This document shows, piece after piece, positions 9,751-19,322 of a DNA stretch of 64,000 nt. This stretch comes from a virus. The notes beneath the pieces are model-generated. The model saw only the letters and a program-made list of their open reading frames with translations, was not told where the DNA came from and ran no database searches. The position numbers were made by a program, and so were the translations under genes. Every line of letters starts with the position of its first letter. Position 1 is the first letter of the stretch. Location: the IMG/VR virus record IMGVR_UViG_3300012013_001209; one strand, 5' to 3'.

Positions 9751-11271
9751 TTAGACAATGGGTTGCGCGTATGGTAGCTCGAAGTTTGCGGCTTCAACGT
9801 GTGTAAATTTCAACTGCGTTTCCGCCTGGCCGCGAACCTGACGTTTGTCGTCCTCCCCTTTGACGACAGTGTGCGTGATGGAGAATAGAAATCCGGTAAA
9901 CAGCAGATCATCAGATCCCGTTCCTTCCAAGGAATATCGCTTCCCCAACTCCCACGACACATCCAGAGGGATGGTCACGGCCATGGCGTCTCCGCCGATT
10001 GAGGCGTCCAAGTATTTCATGCGAGCCCACTCGGAGATTATTTTTTTGATCTCCTTCTGGGATGAGGAAATTGCGACATTCCTGGCATCGAACAGCGGCT
10101 GATAAGACCCGGACTGCAGAGGCAAAACGGCGTCCGTGCCGGGAACATCTCCGGCCGCCGCCAGATCACTGAATTTGGGCATCCAGGGTGGGAGCGGTTC
10201 TCGCAGAGACTGACCAAATATCTGGTCCGAATCTGGAGGCCACATCTCGAACACTTTCTCCGGTGGTTGCCCAGAATCATTCGAGCCTGACTTCTCCTCC
10301 ACCACGCCATCGCCAGTCACAATCACGGATGTCACGGGGAGCAGTGTGGACGGCGCGAAGGCGCTGCGGATGGAACTGATCGGCAATACCTTCCGCAGGG
10401 GAGTTTGCATGACCGACGTCACCCGTTGCAGATGTCCATACGGCTTTTTCTTGTCCATCGAAGGTACGTAGATGAGCCCGAACGCTGTGTTGAGCGTTTG
10501 CATGACCTGCAGAAAATTCGCGGAACCTTGCGAGTAAACGCTGGCGATGAATGCGGAAATTGCCAGCGTCACTCCGGCACAATTGGCAGCCTCAGCTTTG
10601 TCGATCTCGTCAATGGTAGTGGTGGCATTGCTGGCGTCCAGCAAGGCATACCAAGCCTCCAGGGAAGATGTAGGCTTCCCTTGGCGGTTCGACTTGTCGA
10701 TATTCTTCAGGATCAGAAGTGTGGAAGCATCCATTTCGACAGCGTCTCCTGTGCTGGATTTGAACTTGTCATCCCAGTGCTTGATCAAACGCACCAACAC
10801 CTCTTTTATTCTAGCAGAAATCGGCCCAGTGATAGGTCCGTCGGACGCAGCTTTCTCCTGTCCGCCGGTGCTGGCATAAATACTCGTCTGCAACTGCATC
10901 ATGAGCTGTTGCATTGAGGCGAGATTCAGGGTCATGTCGAACATCCCCTCTGACATGATGGTGAACGACGTGTCCACCAGCGTTGCTGGAATTTCCAGTT
11001 TATCGACGGTCGCCGTTCCGGATTTCACGGCGAAAAACTGGTTGAACTTTTCCTCCTGAATTCCCGCCAGTGCCTCAAACATGGGCAGGGCTACGACTTC
11101 CATCACACCACCATTGGGAGCTTCCGGCGGGCTTACACTCGCGCTGATCGACAGTCCTTGGTCAATGGTGGCAGACACAGTGATCCCGAACAGCTCGTAA
11201 TCATCGAAGCTGTCAATGTTCAGCGCTACGGCTGGTTCGCGAAATTCGACGGGTTGGTTCTGGTCAGCCAT
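9751..11271 (-). CDS. Baseplate hub (gp27/VgrG-N-like) protein
   Basis: Position after the tape-measure/tube-initiator genes. C-terminal GKRY...FTGFLFSITHTV is typical of hub proteins. Start moved to ATG 11271, just after the upstream stop. Confidence 0.55.
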   Translation of the reverse strand: MADQNQPVEFREPAVALNIDSFDDYELFGITVSATIDQGLSISASVSPPEAPNGGVMEVVALPMFEALAGIQEEKFNQFFAVKSGTATVDKLEIPATLVDTSFTIMSEGMFDMTLNLASMQQLMMQLQTSIYASTGGQEKAASDGPITGPISARIKEVLVRLIKHWDDKFKSSTGDAVEMDASTLLILKNIDKSNRQGKPTSSLEAWYALLDASNATTTIDEIDKAEAANCAGVTLAISAFIASVYSQGSANFLQVMQTLNTAFGLIYVPSMDKKKPYGHLQRVTSVMQTPLRKVLPISSIRSAFAPSTLLPVTSVIVTGDGVVEEKSGSNDSGQPPEKVFEMWPPDSDQIFGQSLREPLPPWMPKFSDLAAAGDVPGTDAVLPLQSGSYQPLFDARNVAISSSQKEIKKIISEWARMKYLDASIGGDAMAVTIPLDVSWELGKRYSLEGTGSDDLLFTGFLFSITHTVVKGEDDKRQVRGQAETQLKFTHVEAANFELPYAQPIV

Positions 11272-11272
11272 T

Positions 11273-12004
11273 TCACAGACGGGATATTGTGTCCAAAGCC
11301 AGACCGAGCGCAATCACACCCATCCCCTCTTGCGCACTCGATTGCAGCCCTGCATAAATAGGAAGGAGGTCGAACGGCTCCAGCAGATTCATCCAGGCGA
11401 CTCCCTGCTTCAACGCGGTCATCGCCAACGCATACGGAAATTCAGAAGGCTCCACGTTGAACTGAAATGAAGCCGCATGCTGCCAATGGTCCGGAATGGT
11501 GAATTGCAGATTGCCCTTCAGACCCGTCCACGCCGGCCAGGTGATGCTGAGAATATCCTGAATCAATACGGCAGAAACCACCTGCTTCCGGGCTTCACCA
11601 ATGAACTCAACCATCGCGGACTGGGCATCGATCCGTGTGAGCGTCAGCGTTTGGTCGATGGGCCACGTCTCCGCAATGCGATGCACTTGTGCGGTGCCGA
11701 AATTATCCCCCACCAACGTGACCCCCAACGGAGGTTTGAATGCCGAATACCCGACCACCGTGACACCCTTCGGGTGACCGATGCTGCGGTGATCGAAGTT
11801 TGCCATCAATTGCGGGGAACCCAGCAGAGCGCCAGCCACGCCGGCAATGAAGAAGTCGGAACTGATGACATCCAGCTTCAGCATTTCCCGTACTGATGTT
11901 GCAGCATCGGACGCTTTCACTGGAACGAATTCCACACTGCTGCTGAGGACGCCTTGGCGGAAATTGGAACGATTGGCGACGTAACGATAAATCGGTGAAT
12001 ACAT
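11273..12004 (-). CDS. Hypothetical tail/baseplate protein (243 aa)
   Basis: Continuous ORF in the tail operon. Confidence 0.6.
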   Translation of the reverse strand: MYSPIYRYVANRSNFRQGVLSSSVEFVPVKASDAATSVREMLKLDVISSDFFIAGVAGALLGSPQLMANFDHRSIGHPKGVTVVGYSAFKPPLGVTLVGDNFGTAQVHRIAETWPIDQTLTLTRIDAQSAMVEFIGEARKQVVSAVLIQDILSITWPAWTGLKGNLQFTIPDHWQHAASFQFNVEPSEFPYALAMTALKQGVAWMNLLEPFDLLPIYAGLQSSAQEGMGVIALGLALDTISRL

Positions 12005-12007
12005 GGT

Positions 12008-12532
12008 TCAGTTGGAATTGGTTTCGACGGGGATAGCACCGATCACAAAATTTTGCACATTGAATTTCGGGTCCAGTTGCCCGAGCGCGAGGGACTGCAG
12101 ATAAATGCTGTAGGCCAGCCCGCCGGGCACGGAGAGCTGCACCGGCTCTTTCTTCGTGGCGGTCCTGAATTGCGTGAACCAGTCGATCACATTACGCATT
12201 CCCGCCCCATTTCCAGTCTGACTGTTTCCAAGCAGAATTGCTCCGTGGATCGACACAGACCCGAAGGCTTTTCCGAACAGGAAAATTATCTGCTTACCCC
12301 CGAGGGTGGTTTTCGGTGTCAGCACATCCATCTCGGCAATATCTGCACCCAACAACAGAACGGGGGAAGTTTTGTCATTGCCGATCGGCGGCGTCAATTT
12401 GTAGAAGCCTGTGGTGTCCCCTTGCACTTGCTCAACCCGCAGGAGACATCCGCGGGCAGGGAAAATGTTGGTCATTCCTCCTTTGCCCCCTGAGAGGCTG
12501 GAAAGTTTTAGACTGCTGGTGATGAGACTCAT
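12008..12532 (-). CDS. Tail tube initiator-like protein (174 aa)
   Basis: Follows the tape measure gene. Pattern QIIFLFGKAFGSVSIHG resembles tube-like folds. Confidence 0.5.
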   Translation of the reverse strand: MSLITSSLKLSSLSGGKGGMTNIFPARGCLLRVEQVQGDTTGFYKLTPPIGNDKTSPVLLLGADIAEMDVLTPKTTLGGKQIIFLFGKAFGSVSIHGAILLGNSQTGNGAGMRNVIDWFTQFRTATKKEPVQLSVPGGLAYSIYLQSLALGQLDPKFNVQNFVIGAIPVETNSN

Positions 12533-15201
12533 TTTGCTTGCCTGGTATTTTGTTCGATCAATTTCAAGGTAGTTAATGTTTCCTTGGCAACATCTTTACT
12601 GCCACCCTGCAATGCTGCTTGCAGTCTCTCATTGGCGGCCAGCTGCTTTTTGACGTCTTTCTGATGATCGGCGCCCCCGCCGGTATCTTTTTCCAGCGCG
12701 TCATGCTGCGCTGCGAGAGCCGCATTGATTGTGCCAGGGTTTGAGCGGTAGAGGGCCGCTATGCTCCTGAATTCCTTCGAATTAATATCGGAGGCCTTGT
12801 CCATGAAGCCGCCTTCATTAAATTTGGAGGTTATTTTCGCAGCCTCTTTCTTGGAAAACTCAACTTCCAACGCGGCTCGGTCACCCGGGTTTTTCGCGGC
12901 TTTCAGCGCCGCTGCATGATCCGTGTATTCCTTCGCGGTTTGCTTGATCAGCTCGGCATTGGCTTCTCTTGCGTTTTCGCGGGGGATGGGTCCAGCTATA
13001 CTGTCAACATCCTGCAACTGCCCCGACAACTGCAGCATCTCCTGCGCATGTTTCGTGGCGTCCAAAATAGGCATGGTCTCCTCTGCTGCCTTTTTGCTGA
13101 CGATTTTCATCGCACCATTCGCGTCACGGGTGAACGAGACACCGTTGCGCATGAACCTCGCCAGTTTGCTCATTCCCTCTGGCGTCTGCATGGCTGTGAG
13201 GAGTTCCCCGCCGTCATTGACGTCCTTGACGCCAAGGGCCTTCCCAATATCCCCGTAGGTTCCCAGAGCCTTGGCCATTGCCAACGCACCCTCCTTTGTC
13301 GCCGGCGTATTGCCATTGAAATCTCTGATGGTCGTGACTTCCTTGCTGTTCGTGGATTCGAGGTAATTGATGACGTTCTGATCCGTCATTGTTTTGTCGC
13401 CAAGATAACCGCCCAGCATGCTTTCCATGAAGGATCCCGGAACCTTGTTGTCCGCACCTATATTGTGCTTCAGCCAGAACATGGCGTCCTCATGTTCCGC
13501 TCGGTCGCGGAGCGTCTGCTTGTCCACGTGCCCAGCCGTGCGAGACCTGGCCATCTTCATCGTTTTATCCAGCATCTGACCCACTTTAGTCGGGTCCGTC
13601 GTCATGGCGTTCTGAAGCGCGTCCAGTGCCTCTCCCTTCACGCCTGATTTGATCAGAGCATCACGGCTCTGTGTCATAATTGTTTTGGCTGCCCCTGTAT
13701 CACCCCTGCCCAATGCATCGAGCATCTCAGATTTATTCTGAGCATTGAAACTGTCCATGAACGTCGTGGCGAGATCCGCGGCTCCCGCTATGCCCATGCC
13801 GGTGTTGAACGTCTTCTGCGTGGAAGCAATCACTTGCTTGTCCAATCCCTGACTCAATTTTCCCGTGATATTCGCGATCGCGTCCTGCTGCTCAGCGCTG
13901 ATCATGTTGCGCACCTCAGCGCTACCCTTCGTGCGAGTCATGGCTCCCGCCGCAAATCCAGAATGAGCTGTGTAGGCCTGCGCCAACTTCTGCTGCGCCG
14001 CACTACGCTCCGAATCTGTGGTAGCATTCCCGAGATCCTGCATGGCACTTTCCAGAGCCGATTTAGTTCCCTCCGTGCCGAAGCCTTCCTGACTCAGAAT
14101 GGCTCCCGCTTCCGAAAGCACCGGGTTCTCCTTCAGCAGTCGCGCGTGTGAGCTCAGCGTGATTGCACTCAATTCAGAGTCCGAATAGGCGCGCACGAAT
14201 TTACCACGCTGTCTGCCCAGCGCGACTTCTTCGCGCCGCCCCCAGGCAGCCGAAGCCACGTCATCATTCGCCTGCATGCTGATGGCTCCGGCCATGCCTC
14301 CAGTGATTCCCATTTGTCCCAGCAACGCCATGTGCTGCCCTTGGCGTTGGGCCATGTCATTCAAGTTGACGCCCATGAAGTCCGCGGCATCCGACATCCT
14401 GCGAAGACGCTCCGTGATGGCTTTCGGGCCGTCGGTGCCTGCCATGCTGAGACCAGTCAGCGCGCGGGCTTCCTTGGCCAGATCGCGAATGGAGTCGCTG
14501 CCGGTGATATTTTTCACGGCCGCCAGCATTTTCGCCGTATCCTTGAAGGACTCCTCGATTTGCTTGAGTGTCTGCGGATCCAATTGGGCGGATATTCCAC
14601 CCTGCGGGGTGGTGGTCACGGATCCGCCTTTCATCCCGGCGAACATCCGATTGTTGCCCATCGTCGCGAAAATGTCTCCCATCTGAGATCGGTCGAATCC
14701 GAAGGTCTTCGCCGTATTCCCCAACCCGGTCACTGGTGAGAACATCGAATTCTGCACCTGGTTGAACGCCTGCTGTGCGAGCAAATCCGTGACGGCGCCG
14801 CCGCCAATCATCGTCCCAGTACCGCCACCCAGTCTGCCGGCCATGTTCATCCTCATGTTCGAGGCGGCGAACATTTGACTCACGCCCATGGCCATGTGCG
14901 TTCCGCTTCCGCCACCGAGCAGTCCGTTTCCGATGGTCATCCCGAGCAGTTCACGGGTGGCATTGCCCGTCTCCGATGTCATCCAGGCCGCTGCTGCTCC
15001 TTGATTACCTTTGTGCAGAAACTGGGCAGCCATGGCGGTGGCCATATTGACGCGGGTGTCCTGCACACGCAGCCGGCGGAATTGTTCCTGCTGTGCCTGC
15101 TGCCGCTGATAATTGGCCAGCCGCTCATATTCCGACGGTGCGCCGCCTGGGCCGGAATACTGAGAGGAGACCTGGTAATTCTGATCGTCGTAGTCAGGCA
15201 T
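12529..15201 (-). CDS. Tape measure protein (890 aa)
   Basis: Ala/Gly/Met-rich helical composition; directly downstream of the frameshifted chaperone pair. Confidence 0.8.
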   Translation of the reverse strand: MPDYDDQNYQVSSQYSGPGGAPSEYERLANYQRQQAQQEQFRRLRVQDTRVNMATAMAAQFLHKGNQGAAAAWMTSETGNATRELLGMTIGNGLLGGGSGTHMAMGVSQMFAASNMRMNMAGRLGGGTGTMIGGGAVTDLLAQQAFNQVQNSMFSPVTGLGNTAKTFGFDRSQMGDIFATMGNNRMFAGMKGGSVTTTPQGGISAQLDPQTLKQIEESFKDTAKMLAAVKNITGSDSIRDLAKEARALTGLSMAGTDGPKAITERLRRMSDAADFMGVNLNDMAQRQGQHMALLGQMGITGGMAGAISMQANDDVASAAWGRREEVALGRQRGKFVRAYSDSELSAITLSSHARLLKENPVLSEAGAILSQEGFGTEGTKSALESAMQDLGNATTDSERSAAQQKLAQAYTAHSGFAAGAMTRTKGSAEVRNMISAEQQDAIANITGKLSQGLDKQVIASTQKTFNTGMGIAGAADLATTFMDSFNAQNKSEMLDALGRGDTGAAKTIMTQSRDALIKSGVKGEALDALQNAMTTDPTKVGQMLDKTMKMARSRTAGHVDKQTLRDRAEHEDAMFWLKHNIGADNKVPGSFMESMLGGYLGDKTMTDQNVINYLESTNSKEVTTIRDFNGNTPATKEGALAMAKALGTYGDIGKALGVKDVNDGGELLTAMQTPEGMSKLARFMRNGVSFTRDANGAMKIVSKKAAEETMPILDATKHAQEMLQLSGQLQDVDSIAGPIPRENAREANAELIKQTAKEYTDHAAALKAAKNPGDRAALEVEFSKKEAAKITSKFNEGGFMDKASDINSKEFRSIAALYRSNPGTINAALAAQHDALEKDTGGGADHQKDVKKQLAANERLQAALQGGSKDVAKETLTTLKLIEQNTRQAK

Positions 15202-15592
15202 GGGTCGTATCCTTCACATCATCTCTTAAAATCCCGGCTTTTACAAACGCCATGTAGAGTTTCGCCAAGGATTCCGAGGACAGTGTTGGGTTCGGCTCTT
15301 TGGCGTAGAGGTTCATGTCCACGAGCTGACGGAGCCATCCAAATTTCCGCATTCGATTGCGCAGTTCTTCCCGCACCTTTTTCGCATCCAAAAACTGGAT
15401 GAAATTTAACTCCATCGTCTCCTGCTGCATCAAAGTCCGAGCCCCGCGATCGATCGCGTCGGCCTCCAACAACAACGTCTCCCTCAGAATTGACCGGATA
15501 CCATATTCGTATCTCGGCTTTACCGGCTCGTAGGTTCGGCCACCGCGATACGCAGCCAGAATCAGGCGGTAACGGTGGCCGGCCAAAAACCC
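15194..15592 (-). CDS. -1 frameshift extension of the tail assembly chaperone (GT-like C-terminal part)
   Basis: The -1 frame is open from the slippery site (GFLAGHRYRLILAAYRGG...DTTHA) to 15194. It has no good start of its own and overlaps the tape measure start. Confidence 0.75.
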   Translation of the reverse strand, partial: GFLAGHRYRLILAAYRGGRTYEPVKPRYEYGIRSILRETLLLEADAIDRGARTLMQQETMELNFIQFLDAKKVREELRNRMRKFGWLRQLVDMNLYAKEPNPTLSSESLAKLYMAFVKAGILRDDVKDTTHA

Positions 15593-16362
15593 GAGTTGGG
15601 GCCTTTCCGGTTGGCAACGGCGTCGTTGCACAATTTGATCTTCCACTCGTAAATCATGATTGCCCGGCAAATCATCATGATCTTGTTCGGGTTCATCTTC
15701 CCGAGCACGGTCTGCATCGAACTGCGCAATGCCTGCACATTCTCCTGCGCAGAATACCCGACTTGGGATTCGAACCTGGGAAATGGGGCGCCGTCGAACT
15801 GCATGGTCTGCAGCATGACCGCGTAACGCTGCAGCGCATCCAGACTCGCCTGCAACCCGATCGCCTTGGCTGTGTCCTGATCCATCCGGACTGCCGCGTT
15901 GATCAGTTCCTCGTCGCCCTGAGTCAGACCGCGGACACGAATCTTGAAAGACTTCGCTCCCTCCAACGGGATGTCGAACACCACGTCCTGATCGAGAATA
16001 AACCCCTTCCAGTAAAAGGACTTCTCCTCGTCCGTCACCGTAACATCGTCGAGCCAGGACGTATCCGCGGCCCACGACAACGCCTCCAGCGGGTTGCCCA
16101 CTTTCTTGGACCATTTCGGGTCCATTGGAATGTTGGCCCTGGGAGTCGCGACCTGGTCTTTCCCGCGCACGTCACCCAACGCGGCAGCCACTTCTGCGGT
16201 CGTTTCCGAGTCCAGATCTAGTTTGTGACCCGGGGCTGGGAATCCTGCTGGCGGATTTGATTTCAGGAGGTCCATGACCTTTCCCTGAAATTGAGCAGCC
16301 TGCGCGGCCAGTTCGTCGTCGGTGAGATTCTGATCGGGGTTTGTGGTGCTGGATTCATTCAT
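15562..16362 (-). CDS. Tail assembly chaperone (G-like, 266 aa)
   Basis: Acidic ORF upstream of the tape measure gene, with a slippery heptamer just before its stop. Confidence 0.75.
   Translation of the reverse strand: MNESSTTNPDQNLTDDELAAQAAQFQGKVMDLLKSNPPAGFPAPGHKLDLDSETTAEVAAALGDVRGKDQVATPRANIPMDPKWSKKVGNPLEALSWAADTSWLDDVTVTDEEKSFYWKGFILDQDVVFDIPLEGAKSFKIRVRGLTQGDEELINAAVRMDQDTAKAIGLQASLDALQRYAVMLQTMQFDGAPFPRFESQVGYSAQENVQALRSSMQTVLGKMNPNKIMMICRAIMIYEWKIKLCNDAVANRKGPNSGFWPATVTA
15586..15592 (-). promoter_or_regulatory. Programmed -1 ribosomal frameshift site G GGT TTT
   Basis: X XXY YYZ heptamer in the correct phase (codons TCG GGT TTT); the -1 frame stays open to 15194. Confidence 0.8.
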
Positions 16363-16364
16363 AA

Positions 16365-18821
16365 TTAGACCCGATATTTAGACCCGCGCTTCAGATACGC
16401 AAACTGATATTTCGCCTTTTTCAAGTCCGTGTTCACATTCAGCGCGCGCCCTGACTTCGAGGAAGGAAGAAACAACGACTCCCCGCCTGTGTGCTGTTTG
16501 CAGTTCGCACCAGATCCCGGGAACGGCGCTGACACTGACACGTTGTCGGCCTGCAGCAGTTTTTCACTTTCAGGATTCGTAAATCCCCATTGCCCCGTCC
16601 ACGGAGTGTTCGGAATATCCAGCCGGACAAATTGCTGCGCCAGAGATTCCATGAAGATGTCATCGTCCGGAACGTAGGAGGCGAATGTGTCGAAACGGAA
16701 TGACAGATTGCCCATCACAGGAAATAATTTCATCGGTGTCACGATCACCTGATCCGTGACTGCTGTGTCCTCCGTAAGCTTGTCGTTCTGTGCAGGCGTA
16801 GGATCGTAATTCACCAATTGATCCTCGGGAATTTTGCTCACGTGCCCGCTACGCGAGAGAATGCTTCCAATAGCCGACACGCTACGGAAACGTCCCCGCC
16901 TCGCCCGAACTTCCCCGCCTGTCACATCAAACCCTTTGCCAACTCGGAAACTCTGACGCACCTCGGCAAAAACATTGGCAGCCTGCATCACGATGGAGCG
17001 GGCCTGAGATTTGAGCAGCATCCACCCCTCTGAAACCGTGAAGGCCATACCCGTCTTCGCATGCGTGATGATACCTCCCAACGTCGACTGGATTACCACA
17101 GAGCCGGAAATGTCGTTCGGACCATTGTCGTCCGGAGCTCCTGAGACGGATAGCATCAGGGTGCGTTTGGAATCAAAAGTCATGCGGCCCCGCGATGTCT
17201 CCATGAGGATGGCGGCGTCATTGAGAATCACCTCCGGATCTTCCTCCGGGTTCGTAATGGCCGGCGTCTCGAATCCCTTTGCACTCGGATCCGAAGCATC
17301 CGATTTGAGCCACAGGGTTCCCAGTTCGCAGAGCATGTGGAAGAATGCGCGGGCTTTCATTCGGATGCCTCCGAAGACAGCCGACAATTCCACACTGCGA
17401 CGGGCCTTCATGTAGATGTTCTGTCCTGCCTCCACGCTGATATCCCCGCCAGCTGTCAGGCGCATGTTGCGTGTGGCGGAGTGGTAAATATTCCCGTGCG
17501 AATAAACACTGCCGCCGCCAGTGCCGTCCCAGATAAGAATGGAGCCATCTTTCATGATGCGAATGGTGGCATAAACATCATAGGAGGAGCGCGGGCTCGT
17601 CTTATTGGCGGTCTCAGCGTCCGCTTCCTTCGAGGTCCATTCCGGAGCTGGTGTGTCCGATTCCGACGGGACTGTGAATTCTCCTTTCTTGGCCAGCTGA
17701 TGAAAGCGGGCCATCGACTGAAACTGTGCGAGGTAGCGCGCATATTCCCGGAGTTGGAAACACGTCTGATACATGTCCAATGGGTTCTTCGGCTGACTCC
17801 ATACGGTCAGAAAATCCTGCTCGAGATTTTCAAAATCAGCAGCCTTCATCCCGGTAGGATCCTCGTGCCGTTTATTCCGATACGGCACCGGAATACGATG
17901 CACCCGTTCGAAAGCAATTTCCGAAACCGACTGCACCAGCATGGTTCCGTCGTTGCCCACATACTCCCGGAATTTACCGCTGCGCATCGCCTGAGAACCT
18001 GACTCCGCCATGACGGCAACGGGATCGGTGACGAACCGATTGATGAATCCGCCGAGGAACCCTTTGTATTCCGAGAAACGCCAGCGCGCATGATCGAGCA
18101 CATCTTCCACCGCTGGCACACCAGTGATGTCGGCTTGCAGTTTCCGATCCTTTGGCGAATTGATGCCGAACACCTCATGCGGGTAGCTGGTCTGATGAGT
18201 TTCTTCATTGAGACGTCCGTCGTTGTAAATCTCCTGATCACCAATTGCGGAGTGATGCTTGAAAACCCGATCCACAATACGCACCATGTCGTTGTAGAGA
18301 TGGGCCTCCACTTTGGCATGCTCACCCGCCACCAGCTTGGAAAATCCGAACAGCATCTGCAAGCCAACCCCAAATAAATTCGTGAGATCCAATTCCCCAG
18401 GAAGCAGATCGCTCGGCAGATCGCCACCATCCCGCACAGGAGTGCCTGGATCCACATCAGGGTCGTAAGCATTCAGATCAGTACGCGCGCCTCGCTCCGT
18501 GGTTGCGGAATGAATCTTCCGGGTGTTCGGGTCGCCGGGCTGATCCAGATAGGCTGCGATGATCAGATTCGGAGAGCCTGGCACCACGGCCACCGGTGTC
18601 CCTTCCGGCAAGGTGAACTCACTGTTGATCCCCAGCATGCCTGCGATGTAGGACGTGGCATATTTGCAATTCCGCAGCAGGGAATTCATGCCTCCGACCT
18701 GGACGGAATAAACCTTCGTTCTTCCGCCGGAGAATTGCGCTACCCTACCAGTGTAAACCCGGCCGTTTTCCAGGCTTCGAGTTTGCGCATTCTGAGCAGC
18801 TGATTCATCGGATTTTTTCAT
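16365..18821 (-). CDS. Baseplate central spike (gp5/VgrG-like, 818 aa)
   Basis: N-terminal OB-fold-like YTGRV...VYSVQV; C-terminal short beta-repeat segments (NMRLTAGGDISVEAGQNIYMKARRSVELSA). Confidence 0.65.
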   Translation of the reverse strand: MKKSDESAAQNAQTRSLENGRVYTGRVAQFSGGRTKVYSVQVGGMNSLLRNCKYATSYIAGMLGINSEFTLPEGTPVAVVPGSPNLIIAAYLDQPGDPNTRKIHSATTERGARTDLNAYDPDVDPGTPVRDGGDLPSDLLPGELDLTNLFGVGLQMLFGFSKLVAGEHAKVEAHLYNDMVRIVDRVFKHHSAIGDQEIYNDGRLNEETHQTSYPHEVFGINSPKDRKLQADITGVPAVEDVLDHARWRFSEYKGFLGGFINRFVTDPVAVMAESGSQAMRSGKFREYVGNDGTMLVQSVSEIAFERVHRIPVPYRNKRHEDPTGMKAADFENLEQDFLTVWSQPKNPLDMYQTCFQLREYARYLAQFQSMARFHQLAKKGEFTVPSESDTPAPEWTSKEADAETANKTSPRSSYDVYATIRIMKDGSILIWDGTGGGSVYSHGNIYHSATRNMRLTAGGDISVEAGQNIYMKARRSVELSAVFGGIRMKARAFFHMLCELGTLWLKSDASDPSAKGFETPAITNPEEDPEVILNDAAILMETSRGRMTFDSKRTLMLSVSGAPDDNGPNDISGSVVIQSTLGGIITHAKTGMAFTVSEGWMLLKSQARSIVMQAANVFAEVRQSFRVGKGFDVTGGEVRARRGRFRSVSAIGSILSRSGHVSKIPEDQLVNYDPTPAQNDKLTEDTAVTDQVIVTPMKLFPVMGNLSFRFDTFASYVPDDDIFMESLAQQFVRLDIPNTPWTGQWGFTNPESEKLLQADNVSVSAPFPGSGANCKQHTGGESLFLPSSKSGRALNVNTDLKKAKYQFAYLKRGSKYRV

Positions 18822-18845
18822 CGGCCCTGGTGGGCAGAATCAGGT

Positions 18846-19304
18846 TTACGTCGTGGCGCTGCGGACGCTCATCGCCCCAACGCGAATGCCAACGCCCTCC
18901 GTCACAGCCACAGGGCCGGACTGGAACGAGACATTGAAACTCTCGGCCATGGCGCCCGCAAAGCTGATACCACCGCCGCCACCCTTCAGACACCCATTGC
19001 CTGTGCGTACGTCGATGGAGACCTTGTCGATGGCTCCACAGCTGCCCGAGAGATTATTGAAGTTCACGAAGAACCCCTTCGAGCCGACGGCCGCGTTCAC
19101 GTTGATGTTCCCTTCGCTGGCGCCCTGATTGTAATAAACCACGGAAGCGCCGGCTTCGAACATCGACTGGATTTGGCGGGCATACTGTGCCTGGCAAGAC
19201 TGGACGAGCGCCATGCGACCGCCGAGCGAAACATTGGCAAACTCCGACGTGAGAATTGCGCCGGGGCCTTCGATTGTTTTTTCGTAACCAAAGATGTCGA
19301 TCAT
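18846..19304 (-). CDS. Tail tube protein (152 aa)
   Basis: Directly after the sheath gene; size; VQSCQAQYARQIQSMFEAG...YY pattern. Confidence 0.7.
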   Translation of the reverse strand: MIDIFGYEKTIEGPGAILTSEFANVSLGGRMALVQSCQAQYARQIQSMFEAGASVVYYNQGASEGNINVNAAVGSKGFFVNFNNLSGSCGAIDKVSIDVRTGNGCLKGGGGGISFAGAMAESFNVSFQSGPVAVTEGVGIRVGAMSVRSATT

Positions 19305-19322
19305 AATGAGTGAGGTGGTGGA

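Noticed and set aside
15593-16114. N-terminal part of ORF 15194..16114 as an independent gene
   Set aside because: Overlaps the chaperone in another frame with unnatural composition; only the part after the slippery site is credible.
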